Made by a program: the position numbers and the translations under genes. This document shows, piece after piece, positions 29,741-37,475 of a stretch of 64,000 nt of DNA. The notes under the pieces are model-generated. The model had not been told where the DNA came from, did not search any database, and worked only from the letters and a program-made list of their open reading frames with translations. How positions within the stretch are numbered: position 1 is the stretch's first letter; each line of letters begins with the position of its first letter. The stretch is from Candidatus Woesearchaeota archaeon (GTDB lineage: Archaea; Nanobdellota; Nanobdellia; Pacearchaeales; GW2011-AR1): contig CAZDXC010000001.1 in the NCBI GenBank assembly GCA_964509675.1, positions 6,336 to 70,335 of the forward strand, read 5' to 3'.

Positions 29741-29906
29741 GTATCCACAGGCTTCCTGCCGAGGACATTGAAAAATTTCTTATTTTTCATATTTTCCTAA
29801 ATTATAGAGAAATTTATAATCGTTTTAATTTCCTTTTCTCTCCAAAAAACTTATGTTATCACCATTTAAAAGGTTTTCGTAGGTTAATTATTTCTTAATC
29901 TTCCAG

Positions 29907-30200
29907 TCAAAATTTTTTTGATTGCAAAGCCCTAAGGCTTTTCAAAGTTCCAGAGACTCTTTTAACTTCTATCTTTTTTGGCCAAACACATAATGCTGCT
30001 CTCACATGGTTCAGAGTTTCGCGGTTTATGCATATTATTGCGGAATCTTTATTTTCCTTAATCCATTCCAAACCTGTCTTTGACATGCCTAAAACCCCTA
30101 TAAAATCTAAAATTGCTTTCTCTACATTTTTCCTTAGTTCTTTTCCTTCTACCAGCAGATATCTCCTATTTTCCCTCATTGATGGTTTGAGTGATTTCAT
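29907..30200 (-). CDS. rnp2: RNase P protein Pop5/Rpp14
   Basis: KPSMRE.RRYL...G..G...GIICINRE.L.HVRAAL...VSGTLK; in the conserved position upstream of psmA. Confidence 0.85.
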   Translation of the reverse strand: MKSLKPSMRENRRYLLVEGKELRKNVEKAILDFIGVLGMSKTGLEWIKENKDSAIICINRETLNHVRAALCVWPKKIEVKRVSGTLKSLRALQSKKF

Positions 30201-31047
30201 GATACAAATTATCCAAAGGACTTTTTATATTTATCAGATTTGGAGAAGCCATGTGAACATAAATTAATGAAGTTTCTGGAGATTTATGCCCAAGCATTGA
30301 TTGAACATTTGCGATATCATAACCATTTTCAATTAAGTGTGTTGCAAAACTATGTCTTAATGTATGCGGATGAATTTCCTTCCAATTTTTCAAGTGCGCC
30401 TCCTTTGAGGCATTTCTAATTATTTTTTGAATGCTTCTAACCGAGTATTTTTTTGTTTCTGTTGCTTTTAAATAAAAAATCATCTTCATTTAAACTTTCT
30501 AATTCAATTAAATTTATTATTTTTTCTTTGACAATCTTTGATAAGACTATTAGTCTATCTTTTCCTCCTTTTCCATTCCGCACATAACCATAATTTTTGT
30601 TTAATTCCAAGTCTTTAATTTTAATATTTAATAATTCAGAAACCCTCAACCCACTTCCATAAAGCAACTCAATCATCAACCTATGCTTCCAATTAGCAAT
30701 AGCATTTAATAATCTCTTAATTTCTTCTTTATTTAAGACAACTGGGAGTTTTTTTGGTGTTTTTGAGCATTTAATATCAATCCACATTTTTTTTTCCTTA
30801 AAACATTTTCAAATAAAAATTTAATTGCCATATGATAAGTATTCATTGTGTTTCCTGATAAATTTCTGTAAGAAAGATATTCTAAAAACAAGCAAACATC
30901 TTTTTTTGAGATGTATCTTAAATCTTTTTTAGACCAATTCAGGAACTTGTGAATGCAATGAAGATATGTGTTAACTGTTCTTGGAGATAGTCTTCTGCGC
31001 CGGCATTCTTTTATTATCTTTGAATCCAAATTTGTTGGAATCCCCAT
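30166..31047 (-). pseudogene. tyrosine recombinase (integron-integrase-like, SAM-like N-domain) split by two compensating frameshifts
   Basis: Three ORF pieces join into about 293 aa: LSPRTVNTY, KLPVVL, LLYGSGLRVSE, GKGGKDR, HTLRHSFATHL, LGH, TSLIY. Slips at A9 (30787-30795) and A7 (30448-30454). Confidence 0.92.
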
Positions 31048-31143
31048 AATACCAAAATTAATTAACAGTTTAAATAAATGCCTTGAAACTTTGTAATAAA
31101 AACAAAAAAGTTTGATACTGAATAAAAAACTGGGACTTTCAGC

Positions 31144-31192
31144 CTTTTAACCCACCAAATTTAAAAGAGTTCGTTAAAAGTCTGTTAGTTTC
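31144..31192 (+). other. putative primary attachment site (attI-like) of the cassette array
   Basis: AAAAGTCTG/TTAGTTTC is the degenerate first junction; CTTTTAAC (31144-31151) / GTTAAAAG (31173-31180) is an inverted pair just upstream. Confidence 0.55.
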
Positions 31193-31207
31193 AATAAGCG
31201 GGCGGGC

Positions 31208-31567
31208 TCACTGCTTTAATTTGTGCAATTCATCCACAGAAATAAAATCATCTGCTAAACAATCTAATTCTGGTTGGTTTGTTTTTTCGAGAAAATAGAT
31301 TTTTTTACCCACACCTTTTGCATATCCAATTTCAATCTTAACAGAATTGCCGAAATAACCTGTTGGATTTACTACCAAAACTGATTTTGATTTGTCTATT
31401 TTTTCAAAATGATCTGCTACCAGTTTTGGAACCATATCTGGAGTTTCCAATTCTTTAGGTAAATCCATTACAGGCAAAAGGTGTGGAATATCTAATTCTT
31501 TCAGAATCTTAGCTACTTCTTCTATTTTCTCTTTAAATTTAATACTTGCACTTATACAAACAACCAT
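31208..31567 (-). CDS. cassette 1: nucleoside deoxyribosyltransferase/deoxyribohydrolase-like protein
   Basis: HFEKIDKSKSVLVVN..GYFGNSVKIEIGYA...GKKI matches the NDT-fold pattern. Confidence 0.6.
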   Translation of the reverse strand: MVVCISASIKFKEKIEEVAKILKELDIPHLLPVMDLPKELETPDMVPKLVADHFEKIDKSKSVLVVNPTGYFGNSVKIEIGYAKGVGKKIYFLEKTNQPELDCLADDFISVDELHKLKQ

Positions 31568-31711
31568 AATAAAATATGAATTGCATAATTATTAATAAAT
31601 TTATCGCCCGCCCGCTTACTCGAGATTTTTCCCTTCGGGAACATTGCATTAAAATCTCGTCCTCATTTCATTCGGAGAAACTAACAGGGGTTAAACTCAA
31701 TCATAGAAAAA

Positions 31712-31975
31712 TTATTGAGGAGATAAATGTACCTCAAGATTATCTTTGTGTATTGCAAGGTTTAGAGATTCTCTCTCACCCGCTTTTTTTTCATCAACTC
31801 TTTTAACTTCTAGAGTTGCTTCCAAACCTCTCCCTGGTTCAACTCCCAAACTTTCGACTTCAAAAATAGCGGGTTGACCATCTTCACTTTGCCAACCATA
31901 GGCAAAATATTTCCCTTGCAATCCTCCGTCCAAGATATAATCTTGTATTGTTTTATCTCCTTTTGTGTATTCCAT
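31712..31975 (-). CDS. cassette 2: hypothetical protein
   Basis: 87 aa; stop codon lies inside the cassette inverted repeat. Confidence 0.65.
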   Translation of the reverse strand: MEYTKGDKTIQDYILDGGLQGKYFAYGWQSEDGQPAIFEVESLGVEPGRGLEATLEVKRVDEKKAGERESLNLAIHKDNLEVHLSPQ

Positions 31976-32147
31976 TTTTATCTCAAATATATTACAAAAT
32001 GGAAAAAGATTGTCATATTTAAAGATATGTGTTATTTAAAATAATTTTTCTATGACTTCTCCCTTCGGTCGACCACGTTGCACTCTCACTCCACTTCGTT
32101 CCGTTCGGGGAGTTTAACAGGGGTTAGTAGAAATAATTTTTAGAGGC

Positions 32148-32414
32148 TCAATGTTTATTTAAAAAATACGCAATAATTACAGATGCTGCTCCAAATAAAA
32201 AGACTATATTTGATATTATTATTGGATAATTCATTATAGAAATGCCATATATTAACCATATTGATATTCCAACCGCAAAAAATAAATAAGTTATTAATGA
32301 AACATCTTTTGCACTTTTGCGTTTGAAAATTTTATAGGTTTGAGTAAAATATCCAAAACTCATCATGGTACCAAATATAGTTGTAATTATTGCTAATGCA
32401 TCCATATAATTCAA
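32148..32414 (-). CDS. cassette 3: SemiSWEET/PQ-loop family transporter
   Basis: 3 TM; Q.YKIFKRKSAKDVSL, GI.IWLIYG, PIIISN. Confidence 0.85.
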   Translation of the reverse strand: MNYMDALAIITTIFGTMMSFGYFTQTYKIFKRKSAKDVSLITYLFFAVGISIWLIYGISIMNYPIIISNIVFLFGAASVIIAYFLNKH

Positions 32415-32915
32415 TTAATCTTTATTATTTATTAATTTATCGCCTCTAAAAATTACTCTTCGCCAGCCCTTCGGAACGTTGCACTCTGGCTCGGTTTTTT
32501 CTACGAAAAAACTCTACTAACAGGGGTTATACGATTTTCTTCCAAATTTTCTTGGCAGAAAACTTCGTATAACAAAAAAATTGTTGGTATCAATTACATA
32601 TAATATTTATGAAACTTTCTGATAAAATAATACAGATTTCATAAATCCCAATTATTGATCCTAAATTAAATTCTATAACAGAAATATCTTGATTATCCTA
32701 TTGTTAACCCAAATTTAAATAGTATTTCTGAGTCAAAATATTCAGAAAGTTTTTCTAATTTTAATTTCTAAAACCTTTTTAAACTATTCTTTCCAATTAA
32801 ATTTATAAAAGAGATGAATTTGAGGTTAAGATGATTCGGATAAATAGACGAGCAAAGCGAGGCAATTTTCTCCTTACGAACTTTAGTTCATTATCTCGTC
32901 GAATTCAATAACACG

Positions 32916-34265
32916 ATGGAAATTTATACAATTGGCGGATTTAATGAAGTTGGAAAAAATATGACTGTTGTTAAAACAGGAGAAGACGCCTTTATTTTTG
33001 ATATGGGTGTTTTTCTTCCTGCAATAGTTGAACTTCAGGAACAGGAAGAAAACAGCAGACAACAAGTTTATTCTGAGAAAAAATTGAGAAGCATAGGCGC
33101 GTTCCCTGATGATTTGCTTCTTGATAAGTTCGGATTAAGAAATAAAGTAAGAGCAGTGTTTCTTGGACATTCTCACCTGGACCATATAGGTGCTGCTCCC
33201 TATATTGCCTATAGATATAAGGCTCCCCTTATAGGAACTCCATTCACAATAAAAGTATTGAAAAAAATTTTAGAAGATGAAAAAATAAGAATCCCCAATG
33301 AATTAAAAACAATAAATCCAAATTCATCTTTTTTTGTGAAAGGAAAATCGGGAAGTTATCGGGTTGATTTCATAAACATAACACATTCTACACTTCAGAC
33401 ATCAATGCTTGCACTGCATACACCAGAAGGAATTTTTTTGTACGCAAATGATTTCAAATTAGACAACACTCCTGTTTTGGGTTTACCTCCAAATTATGGC
33501 TTACTGAAAGAACTTTCAAAAAAAGGAATTAAAGCCTTGGTGGTTGATTCTCTTTATTCAGGAGTGGAAAGAAAAACTCCAAGCGAAAAAATAGCAAGAG
33601 CACTTGTGGAAGAAGTTTTGCTTACAATTAAAAATGAAAATTCTGCCATTTTTGTAACGACTTTCTCCTCTCACATAGCGAGATTAAAAAGCATAGTGGA
33701 TTTTGGGAAAAAATTAAACAGAAAAATTTATTTCATGGGGAGAAGTATGAGAAAGTATGTTTCTTCTGCGATGGAAATTGGCATGTGCCCCTTTCAGAAA
33801 GATATTCAGTTGATAAGTTATAAGAGACAGGTTGATTCTGTTCTAAAGAAAGTTGAGAGAGACAGAAAAAATTATTTAATAGTCTGCACAGGGCATCAGG
33901 GAGAGCCAGGAAGCATTATGGACAGATTATCAAGAAAAAAACTTCCTTTTAATTTTCATCCAGGAGATAATGCGGTTTTTTCTTCAAGAACAATCCCGAC
34001 TCCTGTGAATGCAGCAAATAAAGAACAACTGGATAAGAGACTGAAAAAAGCAGGGGTGAGAATATTTGATAATATCCATGTTTCAGGACATGCAGGAAGA
34101 GAAGATTTGAGGGATTTAATTTCAATGCTTAATCCAGAACACATAATTCCTGCTCATGGTTCTTCAATGCAACTTATACCAATGATAGAATTAGCGAGAG
34201 AAATAGGCTATAAACCCGGAAAAAACTGTCATTTACTTCAAAATGGACAGAGGCTTAGATTATAA
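32916..34265 (+). CDS. rnj: ribonuclease J (MBL/beta-CASP)
   Basis: GGFNEVGKNMT, HSHLDHIGA, HST, DFKLD, FSSHIARL, GHQGEP, HVSGHA, PAHG. Confidence 0.95.
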   Translation: MEIYTIGGFNEVGKNMTVVKTGEDAFIFDMGVFLPAIVELQEQEENSRQQVYSEKKLRSIGAFPDDLLLDKFGLRNKVRAVFLGHSHLDHIGAAPYIAYRYKAPLIGTPFTIKVLKKILEDEKIRIPNELKTINPNSSFFVKGKSGSYRVDFINITHSTLQTSMLALHTPEGIFLYANDFKLDNTPVLGLPPNYGLLKELSKKGIKALVVDSLYSGVERKTPSEKIARALVEEVLLTIKNENSAIFVTTFSSHIARLKSIVDFGKKLNRKIYFMGRSMRKYVSSAMEIGMCPFQKDIQLISYKRQVDSVLKKVERDRKNYLIVCTGHQGEPGSIMDRLSRKKLPFNFHPGDNAVFSSRTIPTPVNAANKEQLDKRLKKAGVRIFDNIHVSGHAGREDLRDLISMLNPEHIIPAHGSSMQLIPMIELAREIGYKPGKNCHLLQNGQRLRL

Positions 34266-34298
34266 AAATTTTATAAATAATATATTTCTTATTATAAA

Positions 34299-34838
34299 AT
34301 GCCGAATGAAGAAATTATTGGCGGATTAAAATCTGCCTTGGAGAGAGGGCAATCCTTGCAGGAAGCAATGATGTCTCTTTTTAATTCAGGTTATAAAAAA
34401 GAAGAAATTGAAGAAGCTGCAAGAAATCTTATGCAACAACGTGCTGAAATCCAAGCACAGCCACAACCGCCGATAAAAACTCCCGAAACTTCTCAGATTA
34501 AACAAACCCCAAAAACTCTTCCCTCCAAAAAAGAAACTTTCCAAAAACCACAGCCAAAGTCAATCCCCCAACAACAAATACCTTCACCTCCAAAGAAAAC
34601 AATTTCACAAAAAAAAGAAACTGAAACTCAAAAAACTAAACCCCAACAGGTAAGTAAACAAAAACCAGTTCAAAAAATTTCAAGTTATGAACAACCCAAA
34701 CAAAAAGAAAAGAAACCCAAGGAAAAAATCATAATTTTCACTCTAATATTTTTGCTTGTTTTTCTTGTTGGACTTTTGGGGGTAATTTTCTTGTTTAAGC
34801 AACAGTTAATTAATTTTTTCAGTAATTTTTTCGGATAA
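34299..34838 (+). CDS. hypothetical protein with P/Q/K-rich linker and C-terminal TM
   Basis: N-terminal helical LERG.SL.EA..SL.NSGY..EEI, low-complexity linker, TM anchor. Confidence 0.7.
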   Translation: MPNEEIIGGLKSALERGQSLQEAMMSLFNSGYKKEEIEEAARNLMQQRAEIQAQPQPPIKTPETSQIKQTPKTLPSKKETFQKPQPKSIPQQQIPSPPKKTISQKKETETQKTKPQQVSKQKPVQKISSYEQPKQKEKKPKEKIIIFTLIFLLVFLVGLLGVIFLFKQQLINFFSNFFG

Positions 34839-34839
34839 A

Positions 34840-35382
34840 ATGTCAATTTATGCTCCTGCAGAGGATTCTTTTTTGATGTCAAGAATTTTGAAAGAGCGAG
34901 TCCCGAATTTAATTAAGCAAAATCCAAATTTGAGATTTTTGGAAATAGGCGCTGGATCAGGAATACATCTTCAGACTGCCTTGAATTTGGGAATAAAGAA
35001 AGAAAATATCTTTTCTTCTGATATGGATGAGAGGGCGGTTTCTCACTGCAATGTTCTGGGATTTAATTGTATTCATTCTGATTTGTTTGAGAATATAAAA
35101 AATAAATATGATTTAATAATTTTTAACCCTCCTTATCTTCCAGAAGATGCAAGAGAGCCAGAAAACTCAAGAAAGGATACAACAGCAGGAAAAAAGGGAA
35201 ATGAAATAATCATTAGGTTTTTAAAGCAGGCAAGAAAACGCTTAAACAAAAAAGGAAAAATATTTTTAATAACTTCTTCTCTCTCAGAAAATATTGATTT
35301 TGGAAATTTTGGCTATCATGCAAAAGAAATTGGTTGCGAGAATCTTTTCTTTGAGAGGTTATGTATCTGGGAACTAATATGA
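34840..35382 (+). CDS. HemK2/PrmC-like protein methyltransferase
   Basis: IY.PAEDSFL, LEIGAGSG, IFNPPYLP. Confidence 0.88.
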   Translation: MSIYAPAEDSFLMSRILKERVPNLIKQNPNLRFLEIGAGSGIHLQTALNLGIKKENIFSSDMDERAVSHCNVLGFNCIHSDLFENIKNKYDLIIFNPPYLPEDAREPENSRKDTTAGKKGNEIIIRFLKQARKRLNKKGKIFLITSSLSENIDFGNFGYHAKEIGCENLFFERLCIWELI

Positions 35383-35633
35383 GGGGTTGTTGGAATAAGA
35401 AGTTGTTTTAAATCATGAATATGAAATTTTCTGTTTCCCATACCATTTTGGAGATAATAAACATTTGGCTCTCCTTCATCAAAATTTAATCTTCCACCAA
35501 AAAACTTGTTTTCATTACGTGCATCATAGACAATCACATAGAAACTTTTGTATCTTTTCATAACTTCAATCATGTTTGCATCTTTAGAAACAGGGATTTT
35601 ACAAAAAATATCCAACCCATCTCCCAATTCCAT
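35316..35633 (-). CDS. hypothetical protein
   Basis: 105-aa ORF, 3' end overlaps the convergent gene. Confidence 0.45.
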   Translation of the reverse strand: MELGDGLDIFCKIPVSKDANMIEVMKRYKSFYVIVYDARNENKFFGGRLNFDEGEPNVYYLQNGMGNRKFHIHDLKQLLIPTTPHISSQIHNLSKKRFSQPISFA

Positions 35634-35733
35634 AACGATTTAATAATATTTTTTTATTTATAAAATTATTGCAAAGAAATAAACATAAACAAATCATAAT
35701 AATCTTTATAAGGGTTTATTTTAATAAAATTCT

Positions 35734-36087
35734 ATGAGTAAATTGCAACAACTGATATTTGACTTAGAGAAATTAAATAAAGATTATTTGGAATTGTCTA
35801 AATTCGGTTTTCCAATGAATGAAAAAGGCTTGGAATATGAAGAAAGAAGATATGAAAAAGCAGGAAAATTATTGATTGATTTTTATAAAAATAAATTCCT
35901 TCCAGAGTATGCTTTATCCGAGGAAATCTCAAGAAGTGCATTAAACAGAACAGAATTGGTTTTGTCTTACATTTCATCACAGGCTTCTGAATTAATATCA
36001 AAAGAAAAAAAATCTGAGTTAAGAGCAAAGGGAAAATCAAGAGACCTTGAGTTACTTGTTAAATATTTAAAAGAGATGGAAAAATAA
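35734..36087 (+). CDS. hypothetical protein
   Basis: 117-aa helical ORF. Confidence 0.6.
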   Translation: MSKLQQLIFDLEKLNKDYLELSKFGFPMNEKGLEYEERRYEKAGKLLIDFYKNKFLPEYALSEEISRSALNRTELVLSYISSQASELISKEKKSELRAKGKSRDLELLVKYLKEMEK

Positions 36088-36090
36088 ATT

Positions 36091-36933
36091 TTATCTCTTG
36101 ATATCTTTCCAGCCAATTTTCTTTTTCTTCAATTCCAGAATTTGTGAATATTGTTCTTCAAATGTTGGTTTTTCTTCCTGGTAAAAAATTCCTGTAGGAA
36201 TTTTTTCTTTGTGAGGAACATCATAATCAAATTCATTTGCTTTTTTCCATGCCTGCTCAAAACTCTTTTTGTTATGTCCGCTTTCCTCCAAAGAATAAAA
36301 TTTAGTTTTATATTCAGCATCCGGATGAAAAATCAGGCAGGGTTGAATTACTTCTATGAATGCGAATCCTTTGTGTTTTAATGCCTCTTTTAATACATAT
36401 TCTATTTGCTTGACATCTGCATAAACTCTTGCAACAAAACTTGCTCCAGCAGCAAGCATTAGTTTTATTGGATTGAGAGGATGGATTTTAACTCCCAGGG
36501 GAGTTGTTTTGTCTTTGAAACCAGTTTCCGTTGTTGGTGTTGGCTGTCCCACTGTCAGAGCAAAAACCTGATTGTTATGAACAAAATACTTGAAATCTGA
36601 ATTATATCTTGCAGCATGAATCAAATGCTCCATTCCTTCTGCATACGCATCCCCATCTCCGCTAAAACCAATTACGTTGAGATTTGGATTTCCCATTTTT
36701 ATTCCTAAGCAGGTAGGCAGAACTCTTCCGTGCAGAGTATTAATACCATTCAGATTAACATAATCAAAGATTTTTGCATGGCATCCGATTCCAGAAACAA
36801 TTGCAAAATCATCTTTCTTTTTTCCTTTTTTAATCTGTTCAGAAAACACATTTTTTACGCCTGCAAGTATCTGAAAGTTAAAGCATCCAGGACACCATGT
36901 TGGTTTTGTTGGCGTTGATAAATTTGTGGTCAT
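36091..36933 (-). CDS. 2-oxoacid:ferredoxin oxidoreductase beta subunit
   Basis: WCPGC, SGIGC, LHGR, GDGD, NNQVFALT.GQ.TPT, QPC. Confidence 0.95.
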   Translation of the reverse strand: MTTNLSTPTKPTWCPGCFNFQILAGVKNVFSEQIKKGKKKDDFAIVSGIGCHAKIFDYVNLNGINTLHGRVLPTCLGIKMGNPNLNVIGFSGDGDAYAEGMEHLIHAARYNSDFKYFVHNNQVFALTVGQPTPTTETGFKDKTTPLGVKIHPLNPIKLMLAAGASFVARVYADVKQIEYVLKEALKHKGFAFIEVIQPCLIFHPDAEYKTKFYSLEESGHNKKSFEQAWKKANEFDYDVPHKEKIPTGIFYQEEKPTFEEQYSQILELKKKKIGWKDIKR

Positions 36934-37475
36934 TTTATAAATTCTAATATCTCCTCAATTCTTTTTGTATTATTGAAATGTCCTTCATCTCTTTTAATTA
37001 TTATCTTCACTCCGAGTTCTCTGAATTTTGCAACTTCTTTTTCTGAAATATAAGGATCATTATCTGAAAATATTGCCAAAAGATTTCCTGTATGTTGGCT
37101 TACTCTTTCAAAATCAATTTTATTATGAATCCATGGATGTGCAATTTCCACTTCACCATCTTCAATATTAACCAAATCAAACCAAGGAGCAACAAAAACA
37201 CAACCTTTTATATGTTCATTTTTCGGAAGTTTTTCTAAAAATCTCATTATTGTTTGGCATCCGATACTGTGCCCCACAAAATAAGTGTCCTCATTAATTT
37301 CTTTAACTGCCTTTTTCAAATAATCAACCCACTCTTCAATTTTCGGAGATTCTGTATTAGGCATATTCAAAGCATAAACTTCTATATCTTTCTTTTTCAA
37401 TTCTGCTTCAAGCCATCTAATCCAAGGCATATTTGAATCTCCTCCCCATCCATGAATTATGTATACTTTTTTCAT
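36930..37475 (-). CDS. alpha/beta hydrolase, YdeN/RBBP9 family
   Basis: IIHGWGG, W..WL..EL, P....P...EW, GHSIG, S.ND.Y, GHF. Confidence 0.92.
   Translation of the reverse strand: MKKVYIIHGWGGDSNMPWIRWLEAELKKKDIEVYALNMPNTESPKIEEWVDYLKKAVKEINEDTYFVGHSIGCQTIMRFLEKLPKNEHIKGCVFVAPWFDLVNIEDGEVEIAHPWIHNKIDFERVSQHTGNLLAIFSDNDPYISEKEVAKFRELGVKIIIKRDEGHFNNTKRIEEILEFIK

Larger units (their letters stand above)
31185..32573. mobile_element. array of three single-gene cassettes plus one gene-less unit
   Basis: TAACAGGGGTTA at 31682-31693, 32115-32126 and 32518-32529; each unit is bounded by its own 9-bp inverted arms and each gene by a 13-14 bp inverted repeat. Confidence 0.88.

Noticed and set aside
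31185-32573. Canonical integron with attC sites
   Set aside because: No R''-L''-L'-R' hairpin between genes; AAC and GTT are 4 nt apart; the recombinase lacks the IntI insertion.
32612-32753. Further decayed cassette (11-bp inverted repeat AAACTTTCTGA/TCAGAAAGTTT)
   Set aside because: No core site or intact ORF; a match of this length in AT-rich DNA could be chance.
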